A DNA stretch of 64,000 nt, from contig JAFCGM010000001.1 of the NCBI GenBank assembly GCA_017608025.1, positions 78,885 to 142,884 of the forward strand. Reading direction: 5' to 3'. The position numbers were made by a program, and so were the translations under genes. A model generated the notes under the pieces. That model saw only the letters and a program-made list of their open reading frames with translations, was not told the origin of the DNA and ran no database searches. This stretch comes from Candidatus Pacearchaeota archaeon. GTDB taxonomy: Archaea > Nanobdellota > Nanobdellia > UBA10117 > JABICX01. Below, in pieces: positions 55,410-64,000 of this stretch. Position 1 is the stretch's first letter; the number at the start of each line of letters is the position of its first letter.

Positions 55410-58013
55410 CTAGTCACTAAATGAAGTTAGCTTACTTTTGTCTGGTTCATTTCCTGTTTTTTCATTTTTGAATTTTGAGACAAAAGCTTTTTCTTCGCTA
55501 AAGGTTTTTCTGTCCTTCCATTCTTCCCTTTTTCCTTTGTTCCAACGCTGAACTGGCCTGAAATATCCAACAATTCTACTGTAAACTTCACATTCTTTTC
55601 CACAAGTAGGACATTCCCAGTGCTCTCCAGGTATGTATTTGTGTTCTTTGCATACACTGAATGTGGGTGTTATTGAAAAATAAGGGATTTTTGTGTTGTA
55701 AGCAATTTTCTTTATTAATGCCTTGCAAGATTCCCCTGATTTTAGCTTTTCTCCTACAAATGTGTGGAAAATTGTTCCTCCAGTGTAAAGAACCTGAAGG
55801 TCGTTTTGGTGTTCAAGAGCAGCTACAACATCGTCTGAAAAGTCAACTGGAAGCTGGCTCGAGTTTGTTAAATAAGGCTCTTCTGTTCCAGCAGTTATTA
55901 TATTTGGATAGTGCTTCTTGTCAAGTCTTGCTAATCTATATGAAGCACCTTCTGCTGGAGTTGCTTCTAAATTATAAAGGTTGTTTGTTTCCCTTTGGAA
56001 CTTAATCAAGACTTCTCTCATGAAATTCAAAGTTCTTATTGCAAGAGCTTTACCTTTTTCAGTTGTTATGTCCTCTTCAATTAAGTTTTTGCAAGCTTCA
56101 TTCATTCCAATAAGACCTATTGTTGAGAAATGGTTGTTAAAATGGCCAAGATATCTTTTTGCAAAAGGCATAAGTCCATTTTTCATGTTTTGATTAACAA
56201 TTCTTCTTTTTATTTCAAGAGATTCCTTTGCTAAATGCATATAATGCTCTATTTTCTCAAAAAATTCTGCTTCAGTTTTTGACTCATAAGCAAGCCGATT
56301 TAAATTTATAGTTACAACACCGATTGAACCAGTGTTGTCTCCCATTGCAAATGTGTGTCCTGGCCGATTTATCAGTTCAAGCATGTTCAGGTTGAGACGG
56401 CAGCACATTGCTCTAATTGATTTTGGGTCAAGGTCAGAGCCAATATAGTTCTGAAAATAAGGAATTCCATATTTTGCAGTAACTTCGAAAATTTTTTCTG
56501 CAACTTCTGAGTTCCAGTTAAAGTCTTTTGTTAAATTGTATGTTGGAATTGGAAAAGTGAATATTGCTCCAGAAGCATCACCTTCAACCATTACTTCAAG
56601 GAAAGCTTTGTTTATAATGTTCATTTCCTTTTGGCAGTCTCCATAGGTAAATTCCTGCTCTTTTCCACCAACAATAGCTTTTTCGTTTCTAAGGTCTTCT
56701 GGGCAAATCAAGTCAAAAGTAAAATTTGAAAAGGGATATTGCGAACCCCATCGAGATGGTATGTTTAAGGAGAATATCAGTTCTTGCATGCACTGCTTAA
56801 CTTCTTTGAATGTTAAGTTATCTATTTTTACAAAAGGAGCAAGGAAAGTGTCTACAGATGAAAATGCCTGAGCTCCAGCAAATTCCATTTGCAAGCAGCC
56901 AATGTAATTAACAATATGGTTTACCAGCGTTCTGAGATGCTTTGCTGGTTTTGAATTGACTTTGTTCGGAACTCCGCCAAAGCCCCATAAAATCAAGTTT
57001 TTAAGTGACCAGCCAGAGCAGTATCCAACAACACCCTCACCAAGGTCATGAATATGTATATACCCCTTTTTATGGGCATCTGAAACTGCCTGAGGGTAGA
57101 TTTCATTCAAAATGTAGTTTGAGATGATTGTACTTCCTGCATAATGCATAAGTCCTGAAAAAGAGTAGGCTTCATTTGCATTTTCCTTGACTTTCCAGTC
57201 TTTTTGATGAAGATAAGAGCCAATTGTATTTGATACATCTAAAAAAACAGAACGAGTTGTTGAAAGCTTTGTTTCCTGCTGCCTTTTCAAAATAAATGTT
57301 TTTGCAAGCTGGGGATGGTTGTTGTCTAGCAAGACTTTTTCAATTGCATCTTCAATTTCATTTGTTGTTACAATTGAAGCTTCTTTTAACTTGCTTTCAA
57401 GAAGAAAAATCACTTCTATAGTAAGTGCTTCTGCAAGCTCAAAATCCTCTTTTTCAATTTCTTGCTGGCAATGGAGAATTGTTTCCATTATTTTGTTTTT
57501 GTCAAACAATGAAACTTCGCTATTTTTTCTTTTTACTTGAGTTATTGAATTTCGTATTCTTGTTTTTGTTCTTTTTTTCAAAAGCTTGAGTTCTTTTTCA
57601 AATGAAGAATAATCTTCAAATCCACGATATATTGAAGCAAATCTTAAATATGCTACTGGATCTAGCATGCGGAGATTTTTCAGAACAATTTTTCCAATTT
57701 CTGATGAAGAAATTTCTTGTTTTTTACTGCTTAGGATTTCTTGTTCAATTTTATCTGTAAAAAACTCAATTTGGTTTTCATCTGCCCGTTTTTTGCAAGC
57801 CAGTTTTAAGCCATTTTTTATTTTTTCTCTTGAATATTCTTGTTTTGTTTTGTCTTTTTTTATTACATATATATTTGGCTTTTCTATTTTTTCATAAGTT
57901 GTGAATCTATGTCCGCAATTAAGACATTTTCTTCGTCGTCTAATGTCTTTTGTTGGTGATTCTCGAGTATCTAAAACTTTTATATTATCTGAAGCACAAG
58001 AAGGGCATCTCAT
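55410..58013 (-). CDS. nrdD: Class III anaerobic ribonucleoside-triphosphate reductase NrdD with an N-terminal NrdR-like zinc-ribbon plus ATP-cone
   Basis: N-terminus MRCPSCASDNIKVLDTRESPTKDIRRRRKCLNCGHRFTTYE resembles NrdR. ATP-cone follows. C-terminal CPTCG and the glycyl-radical motif RIVGYFRPV. Confidence 0.75.
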   Translation of the reverse strand: MRCPSCASDNIKVLDTRESPTKDIRRRRKCLNCGHRFTTYEKIEKPNIYVIKKDKTKQEYSREKIKNGLKLACKKRADENQIEFFTDKIEQEILSSKKQEISSSEIGKIVLKNLRMLDPVAYLRFASIYRGFEDYSSFEKELKLLKKRTKTRIRNSITQVKRKNSEVSLFDKNKIMETILHCQQEIEKEDFELAEALTIEVIFLLESKLKEASIVTTNEIEDAIEKVLLDNNHPQLAKTFILKRQQETKLSTTRSVFLDVSNTIGSYLHQKDWKVKENANEAYSFSGLMHYAGSTIISNYILNEIYPQAVSDAHKKGYIHIHDLGEGVVGYCSGWSLKNLILWGFGGVPNKVNSKPAKHLRTLVNHIVNYIGCLQMEFAGAQAFSSVDTFLAPFVKIDNLTFKEVKQCMQELIFSLNIPSRWGSQYPFSNFTFDLICPEDLRNEKAIVGGKEQEFTYGDCQKEMNIINKAFLEVMVEGDASGAIFTFPIPTYNLTKDFNWNSEVAEKIFEVTAKYGIPYFQNYIGSDLDPKSIRAMCCRLNLNMLELINRPGHTFAMGDNTGSIGVVTINLNRLAYESKTEAEFFEKIEHYMHLAKESLEIKRRIVNQNMKNGLMPFAKRYLGHFNNHFSTIGLIGMNEACKNLIEEDITTEKGKALAIRTLNFMREVLIKFQRETNNLYNLEATPAEGASYRLARLDKKHYPNIITAGTEEPYLTNSSQLPVDFSDDVVAALEHQNDLQVLYTGGTIFHTFVGEKLKSGESCKALIKKIAYNTKIPYFSITPTFSVCKEHKYIPGEHWECPTCGKECEVYSRIVGYFRPVQRWNKGKREEWKDRKTFSEEKAFVSKFKNEKTGNEPDKSKLTSFSD

Positions 58014-58188
58014 TTTAAACTATTTCCATATTTTGTGTTTTTGTTTTTTTCAAAACACAATATTTAGTATATATATAATTAGAAGTATATAATAATATTG
58101 TGACACTTATGTAAAAGTAATAGTTATTAATTACTGTAACAAAATACTAAATATAGTATATAAATATATTAACAATAACTAATTATAG

Positions 58189-58392
58189 TTATTTTATTTT
58201 GTTTTTAATTTCTTTTATTATTTCATCAATTGCTTTGTCATTTAGTCCATGAGCTTTGCATCCTTGCTCAATTGTTTCAAACTGTGCCATTACACATCCT
58301 ATGCATCCAAAACCTTTTTTCGAAAAAATTTCAGCTATTTCTGGGTTCTCTGAAACTACGTCTTTTATATTTGTTTTTCTTGTTATTTTCAT
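58189..58392 (-). CDS. DUF1858-like small redox protein
   Basis: FGCIGC ... CKAHG pattern. Confidence 0.4.
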   Translation of the reverse strand: MKITRKTNIKDVVSENPEIAEIFSKKGFGCIGCVMAQFETIEQGCKAHGLNDKAIDEIIKEIKNKIK

Positions 58393-58464
58393 GATTTTAT
58401 TTTTTGTTTTTAGTTTATAATATTATAGGATAGGTTTTTATTTTTTAAATGCTTATTTTTTCTT

Positions 58465-58839
58465 ATGAGTAGATTAACAAATTTCTTGAAAACAGAGGAA
58501 GTCCAAGGATTTTTCAAATGGCTTCCAAGAATTTTGGCAATACTTTTTATTTTATTCATACAAATGTTTGCTTTAGATGTTTTTGGTCAAGGATATGGAT
58601 TTTGGGGGACTGTTATTGCCTTTACAATCCACACAATTCCGTCTGCAGTTTTGCTTGTAATGCTTATAGTTTCATGGAAATTTGATATTGTTGGGGGATG
58701 GATTCATATAATTGTCTCGCTCATTTTTATGGCATTTTTCTGTTCAGTTCTTTTGGGACTTCCCTTAGCATTAATCGGCCTTTTGTTTTTGTTTTATGAG
58801 TATGTTATAAAGAAATATGAAAAAAAGAAATTAGACTAA
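58465..58839 (+). CDS. Hypothetical membrane protein (3-4 TM)
   Basis: ORF; hydrophobicity. Confidence 0.3.
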   Translation: MSRLTNFLKTEEVQGFFKWLPRILAILFILFIQMFALDVFGQGYGFWGTVIAFTIHTIPSAVLLVMLIVSWKFDIVGGWIHIIVSLIFMAFFCSVLLGLPLALIGLLFLFYEYVIKKYEKKKLD

Positions 58840-58841
58840 TT

Positions 58842-59030
58842 TTACTTTTTAAGATGAATGCAGTTTACTGGGCAAGCTTCTTCTGCTTGCTTGTTGCAAC
58901 TTTCTTCTTTTGGATGAGTGTTTTTGCATTTTGATTTTCCATCATTAGCCATTTCCCAGTTTGAAGGGCAGATTGCTGCGCAAGCTCCGCATCCAATGCA
59001 TTTGCTTCTCTCATGAATTATTTCTACCAT
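58842..59030 (-). CDS. 4Fe-4S ferredoxin
   Basis: CIGCGACAAICP and CNKQAEEACPVNC cluster motifs. Confidence 0.6.
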   Translation of the reverse strand: MVEIIHERSKCIGCGACAAICPSNWEMANDGKSKCKNTHPKEESCNKQAEEACPVNCIHLKK

Positions 59031-59065
59031 AAAGAAAATAAAAAAAGGATATATAAAAGAGTTGC

Positions 59066-59299
59066 TTAAATTCCAATTAAGTGCTTTAGCTTTTCCTCGT
59101 CAAAGCCAATTACAAAGTTTTCGCCTTTTTCTGTTACTGGAACTTTCATCTGCCCGGTTTTTTTAACCATTTCAATTGCTTTTTGCCTATCTTCAGCAAC
59201 ATTTATTTCTTCAAATTCAATTTCATGCTCTTTCAGAAAATTCTTCACTTTTTCGCAATAAGGGCATGCTGGTGTTGAATAAACTTTAATTTCTGCCAT
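59066..59299 (-). CDS. Glutaredoxin-like protein (CPYC active site, NrdH-like)
   Basis: VYSTPACPYCEKVKNFL. Confidence 0.6.
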   Translation of the reverse strand: MAEIKVYSTPACPYCEKVKNFLKEHEIEFEEINVAEDRQKAIEMVKKTGQMKVPVTEKGENFVIGFDEEKLKHLIGI

Positions 59300-59316
59300 G
59301 AAAGTGAAAACCTGTT

Positions 59317-60576
59317 TTAGTTATTAAGATTTTCTAGTATTATGTCAACAGCTTCATTAAGGTTTTCTGCTGTAAAATCTGGTTTTATATCTATTTCAGT
59401 GCTTCCTCCTTTTCCGTTTTCTCCGGTTTTGACAAGAATTGTTCTTGCCCCAACCATTTGTCCAGCTTTGATGTCGCTTCTTTTGTCTCCAACCATCCAG
59501 GATTTTTTGAAGTTTATTGGAAAATCTTCTGCAGCTTGAAGAAGCATTCCAGGTTTTGGCTTTCTACAGTAGCAGAATTTTTTGTATTTTCCTTTTCCTT
59601 TATAGGGATGGTGAAAGCAATGATATGCTCTGTCAATTTTTCCTCCAATTTCTCGGAGATAGTTGATATATTTGTAATGGAAAATTCTGAATTCATCTTC
59701 TGTGCAAATTCCTCTTCCAACAACAGGAGCATTGCTTACAATTATTGTTCTTTTGTTTGCTTTTGCAAGTTTTCTTAGTGCTTCCTTTACTTTAGGATAA
59801 AGTTCAAAGTCCTTAAATTTGTGTGTAAATCCCTTGTCTTTATTTATTACTCCGTCTCTGTCAAGAAAAATCGCACCCTCTGCGTTCATGTATTTTTCAG
59901 TTTTTAAGAGTCTTTCAAATGTTCCAATGTCGCGAGTATATTCTTCTGAAACATAACCATGAACAAATTTATCTGAATTAATTAATTTAGGATACAAATA
60001 AGTTTCAAATGTAAAAACATCTTCTTTCATATAATCAAAAACTTCTGGCTCCATTATTGCAAGACCTGCATTTCCCATCTCACCTGCGCCAGTATGGTCG
60101 TCATGCTTGCTTATAAATTTCACAACTTCTTCATTATCATTTATTTGAAGAATGTCGGAATCCTGTGGGTGGTTGGACTTGTGGAGCAAAACAGACATAA
60201 TTGCGTTTTTGTTTTTATGGCTTTGAATCATTTTTTTAAGATTAACTTCAGTGTAAAGGTCTCCAGAAATATAAGCAAAAGTTCCATTTACAAACTTTCG
60301 AGCGTTTTTAATTGCTCCTCCGCTTCCAAGAGGCATGTCTTCATTTGAATATTCAATTTTAATTCCAAATTTTGAGCCATCTCCAAAATGGTTTTTAATT
60401 TTGTCTGCCAGATGGCCAGTTAGAAATACAACTTCAGTAATTCCGCTTTCTTTTGCCCATTCAACCAAATGCTCAAGAACTGGTTTTCCATTTAATTTTA
60501 CCAGTGGTTTTGGAATATTTTTAGTTAAAGGCATGAGTCTTTTGCCTTTTCCGCCTACATTAATCATTAGTTTCAT
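59317..60576 (-). CDS. Bifunctional sugar-phosphate nucleotidyltransferase / HAD-type (GmhB-like) phosphatase
   Basis: N-terminal GGKGKRLMPLTKNIPKPLV NTP-transferase motif. C-terminal AIFLDRDGVINKD HAD motif. Confidence 0.55.
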   Translation of the reverse strand: MKLMINVGGKGKRLMPLTKNIPKPLVKLNGKPVLEHLVEWAKESGITEVVFLTGHLADKIKNHFGDGSKFGIKIEYSNEDMPLGSGGAIKNARKFVNGTFAYISGDLYTEVNLKKMIQSHKNKNAIMSVLLHKSNHPQDSDILQINDNEEVVKFISKHDDHTGAGEMGNAGLAIMEPEVFDYMKEDVFTFETYLYPKLINSDKFVHGYVSEEYTRDIGTFERLLKTEKYMNAEGAIFLDRDGVINKDKGFTHKFKDFELYPKVKEALRKLAKANKRTIIVSNAPVVGRGICTEDEFRIFHYKYINYLREIGGKIDRAYHCFHHPYKGKGKYKKFCYCRKPKPGMLLQAAEDFPINFKKSWMVGDKRSDIKAGQMVGARTILVKTGENGKGGSTEIDIKPDFTAENLNEAVDIILENLNN

Positions 60577-60622
60577 GATTTTTTTATCAAAAAAGAGCTT
60601 ATAAGTGTTTTTATATAGAAAT

Positions 60623-61963
60623 TTACAATGCTTTTTTGATTTTAGAATTTATGCCAAACATTTCCCTTGCTTCCTCAGAGAGTGCGAAGAGGTTTTTTCT
60701 CTTGAATTTTAGTTTTTTAACTTTCTGAACTTTTTGGGTTGCGCAGACCATTTGAATTTCCTGCTCAAGAGCTTGAATATATTTTTCTATACCTTCTTTT
60801 CCTGTTATTTTTATTTTGCTTTCAATTACTGGGCAGTGCTTTTGGCAGTTTGCGGCGATTAGGAAGCTTCTGCCCATTGCAACTCCAGATGCTCCGAGCA
60901 TTATTGCCTTTGAAATATCAACTCCGTCAGTATATCCGCCAGCAAGTATTATGTCAAAAGGATATTTCTTTTTTATGCAAAGAACTGATGCTGATGGCAG
61001 GGAAGTTTCATTCATAATTAGCCAAGGACTCATTCCAGTTCCTCCTCCATGGCCGTCAATTGTAACTGCTTTGACTGGGAAGTGATATTTTTTAACAAGT
61101 TTTTTTACAAGAGTTAGGAATCTTATAATTCCAGAGCCTACTGCTATTTTTATCCAAATAGGCAGACCTGCTTTTTCTGCCTCAAGAAGCAATTGCTTTA
61201 CTTTTTCTGAACTGATTTCGCAAACAGGAGTGTGTCTTTGAAAAGTTCCATCAGGATTTTCAACTATATGATAACCAAGAGCTTTGTATTTCCTAGCTTC
61301 GGTTCTGCTTTTGAACTTGATTTCACCGCCAAGATTCAGCTTTGCACCTTGCCCAAGTTTTATTTCAATTCCATGAGCTTTGAATTTTTTAGCTAACTGG
61401 AATATTCCAGATTTTATTTCAATTGCATTTCCCTGAACAAGAACTGCTCCATGCTTTCCATTGAATTCACTTAAGTAAAAATCAATTCTTTTTTTTAAGC
61501 CTTTTTCACCAAAAGTTGAGAGAACATTTTCACCAATAACTAAAGGAATTCCTGCTTTTGCAGCCCCTTTTACAAGCTCCTCAGCGTGGTCTGAAGCAAC
61601 TTTTGTAGAGCCCATAGCTGCAACGCAGACAGGTATTCTTGATTTGAATCCACCTATTTTGGATTCAGTTTCAACTTCATGGAAATTCACTGCTTTTCCA
61701 AAAATTTCTGGCAAAATCTGAATGTCATCTAGATTTGGAAGGATTTTTTCTGCTCCGAATTGAGAAGTTCCAAAAGGTTCTGGAAACATTGTCTGTCCAG
61801 TTCTTGACTTTTTTCCGATTTCACAGAGACCGTCTTTTATGCAGACTGCGCAGATTCCTCCTGCTGAGCTTTGGTGCTCTGGATTAGTAAGACTGGTTCT
61901 AGTTACCTTGCTAGCATTTTTGTGTCTTCTTGCGCCGTCTTTTGAACCCCACATATTTTCCAT
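60623..61963 (-). CDS. Archaeal glutamate synthase FMN-binding domain protein (GltB domain 2)
   Basis: IKLGQGAKLNLGGE and DGHGGGTGMSP motifs. Confidence 0.5.
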   Translation of the reverse strand: MENMWGSKDGARRHKNASKVTRTSLTNPEHQSSAGGICAVCIKDGLCEIGKKSRTGQTMFPEPFGTSQFGAEKILPNLDDIQILPEIFGKAVNFHEVETESKIGGFKSRIPVCVAAMGSTKVASDHAEELVKGAAKAGIPLVIGENVLSTFGEKGLKKRIDFYLSEFNGKHGAVLVQGNAIEIKSGIFQLAKKFKAHGIEIKLGQGAKLNLGGEIKFKSRTEARKYKALGYHIVENPDGTFQRHTPVCEISSEKVKQLLLEAEKAGLPIWIKIAVGSGIIRFLTLVKKLVKKYHFPVKAVTIDGHGGGTGMSPWLIMNETSLPSASVLCIKKKYPFDIILAGGYTDGVDISKAIMLGASGVAMGRSFLIAANCQKHCPVIESKIKITGKEGIEKYIQALEQEIQMVCATQKVQKVKKLKFKRKNLFALSEEAREMFGINSKIKKAL

Positions 61964-61964
61964 T

Positions 61965-62903
61965 TCAGTAGAATTCTGTTGTCCAGATTCCTCCTTTTTT
62001 TATTTTTTCCCACTCAGTGTTTATTATTTTTTGAATTTCTTTAATTTGCTTTGAATCAAGATGCTGAAATCTTTTTTGATTTTTCATAGCTTCTTTTACA
62101 GGAATCATTTTAGGTTTGTGAGTTAGGATGAATTCTCCTTTTTTATTGATTTCATACAAAGGCCACATTCCAGATTCAACTAGTTTTTCTCCAATTCTGC
62201 TTCCTTGACTTTCTTCAATTCCCCAGCCAGGTATGCACGGGCACAGAAGATCTATAAAAGCAGGACCTCCTGATTTTGCTGCCCGACGAAGCTTGTTTAT
62301 GTAGTCAACGGGATGCGAAGTTGAGGCTGTTGCAGAGTAAGCAGCTCCATTTATGTGCATCATCTTTACTATATTTTTTCTTTTGAATATGTTTCCAATT
62401 TCTGACTTTTTTCCTGGCGGAGTAGTTGTTGTATTAGCTCCATAAGGTGTGGCAGCAGATTTTTGAAATCCAGTGTTTCCGAAAGTTCCATTGTTATAAC
62501 AGATGTAAATTATTTTTTCGTTTCTTGAAACCATTCCAGAAAGTGCTTGGAGTCCGATATCATAGGTTGCACCGTCCCCAGCATAAACAACAATATTTGT
62601 GTTTTTGTCTTTTTTCAGGGCTTTGAGACCCATTAATATTCCTGATGCAGTTGATGCTCCATTTTCAATTGCATTGTGCACCCAGGGAACTTTGTAAGGC
62701 GTGAAAGGATAGATTGCAGTAAGAGTCATGCATCCAGAAGTATTAACCATTATTGTGTTTTTTCCAAGAGCTTTTAGCGTGAGACGCGTGCCATAGATTG
62801 CATTGCAGCCTCCACAGGCAAAAGTTCCTCCAGTGACTAACTCTTCTTCTGGAATTTCCTTAATTGTTTTGATTTCTTTCAAATTATTTTTTACATTACC
62901 CAT
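61965..62903 (-). CDS. porB: 2-oxoacid:ferredoxin oxidoreductase beta subunit (TPP-binding)
   Basis: GCMT ... VYAGDGATYDIGLQALSG TPP motif. Confidence 0.7.
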   Translation of the reverse strand: MGNVKNNLKEIKTIKEIPEEELVTGGTFACGGCNAIYGTRLTLKALGKNTIMVNTSGCMTLTAIYPFTPYKVPWVHNAIENGASTASGILMGLKALKKDKNTNIVVYAGDGATYDIGLQALSGMVSRNEKIIYICYNNGTFGNTGFQKSAATPYGANTTTTPPGKKSEIGNIFKRKNIVKMMHINGAAYSATASTSHPVDYINKLRRAAKSGGPAFIDLLCPCIPGWGIEESQGSRIGEKLVESGMWPLYEINKKGEFILTHKPKMIPVKEAMKNQKRFQHLDSKQIKEIQKIINTEWEKIKKGGIWTTEFY

Positions 62904-64000
62904 TTTCTCATTTCTTTTTTTTCTCGAAGCAAGGTTTTGAAGATTTCTTCAAAATCTTTTTCAGACACAGGTTTTCCGCCAAGACCGCCGATAAATGAGG
63001 AGACATTTTTGTTTTTTTTAAGACAAGCCTTAACTTCTGAATAAAGAATTCCTCCAAGTCCAGGCGACAGATTTTGGTCAAACACTCCGATTTCATTAAC
63101 ATGCCCCAGAGCAGACCTGATTTCGTCACTTGGAAACGGTCGAATTAACCTTAATCTTACTATTCCGACATTTATTCCTTTGCTTTTTAGATTGTCAACT
63201 GCAGATTTTGCAATTGTTGAATAAGAGCCCATTATAACCAATGCTGCCTTGGCATTTTTCATTCCATACTCTTCAACAACATAGTATCTTCTTTTGAATT
63301 TGTCCTTCCATTTTTTCTGAACATTTTTTATAACATTAATTGCTTCAAGGTGGGCTGAGTGAAGCTGAGAGCGATATTTTATATATTCCTCTTCAAGAAC
63401 TGCCCCACCTAGAGTCATGGGCTTTTTGACATCGAGGCGGTTTTTTTGCTTTGTTTTCATAAGGAATTTTGAAACCTTTTTCTGGTCTGGAATTTCAACT
63501 TCAGTTCTTGTGTAAGAATGAATAAAGCCATCCATATTAATTAGAACAGGAAGCATAACTTTTTTGTTTTCAGCTATTTTGTAAGCCATTATTATTGTGT
63601 CAAGAACTTCTTGATTTGTTTCGCAGCAAAACATAATCCATCCAGCATCACGCATGGCAAGAAAATCATTGTGGTCTGGCCAGAGAGTTATTGGTGCTGA
63701 CAATGCACGAGATACATTAACCATTACAAGAGGCATTCTTGTTCCTGAAATAATTGGAAGAATTTCATGCATTAGCATAATTCCTTGAGAAGAAGTTGCT
63801 GTGAATGTTCTTGCTCCAGTCATCTGGGAGCCCAGAGCTGCTGAAATGACTGAATGCTCTGACTCAAGTTCATTGAAGACAAGGTTCTTGAGTTTTCCAT
63901 CTGCTTTCCATTTTGCTATTGTTTCAATTATTTCTGTTTGAGGAGTAATTGGAAAGCAAGGAAATGACTGCACATTAGCAAGTTTTACTGCCCATGCTGC
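62891..64000 (-). CDS. porA: 2-oxoacid:ferredoxin oxidoreductase alpha subunit (N-terminus lies beyond the window end)
   Basis: FPITPQTEI ... GTRMPLVMVNVSRAL; the reading frame continues past position 64000. Confidence 0.7.
   Translation of the reverse strand, partial: AAWAVKLANVQSFPCFPITPQTEIIETIAKWKADGKLKNLVFNELESEHSVISAALGSQMTGARTFTATSSQGIMLMHEILPIISGTRMPLVMVNVSRALSAPITLWPDHNDFLAMRDAGWIMFCCETNQEVLDTIIMAYKIAENKKVMLPVLINMDGFIHSYTRTEVEIPDQKKVSKFLMKTKQKNRLDVKKPMTLGGAVLEEEYIKYRSQLHSAHLEAINVIKNVQKKWKDKFKRRYYVVEEYGMKNAKAALVIMGSYSTIAKSAVDNLKSKGINVGIVRLRLIRPFPSDEIRSALGHVNEIGVFDQNLSPGLGGILYSEVKACLKKNKNVSSFIGGLGGKPVSEKDFEEIFKTLLREKKEMRKWVM

Overview
The window is a low-GC (roughly 30% by eye) archaeal chromosomal segment dominated by information-processing genes. 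The archaeo-eukaryotic gene set and the small, compact genes suggest a DPANN-like lineage. The clearest blocks are: (i) the exosome/proteasome superoperon L15e-Rpp30 ... S2-RpoK-Rrp42-Rrp41-Rrp4-SBDS-PsmA-Pop5; (ii) L7Ae-S28e-L24e; (iii) L44e-S27e-aIF2alpha-PAC2 next to a GINS-like gene and a PriS-type primase; (iv) several aminoacyl-tRNA synthetases (HisRS, bacterial-type LeuRS, GlyRS, GluRS, TyrRS); (v) an nrdD-nrdG operon and Por/GltB genes. Two tRNAs are present: tRNA-His(GTG) sits immediately upstream of hisS, and tRNA-Arg(TCT) is interrupted by a ~63-nt intron, with a tRNA splicing endonuclease (EndA) and RNase Z encoded nearby. Accessory content is three clusters of secreted or surface proteins, a giant S8 subtilase and a RusA-like resolvase; no CRISPR array or cas genes were seen. 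The most unusual signal is non-coding. A modular family of short palindromic intergenic elements occurs in at least 12 copies in 64 kb. Its modules also make up the body of the tRNA-Arg intron. Most copies sit inside 16-47 bp perfect direct repeats that duplicate the 3' terminus, stop codon included, of the adjacent gene, which looks like an undescribed mini mobile element that targets gene ends. All calls rest on reading the supplied translations and the DNA by eye; no database search was run.
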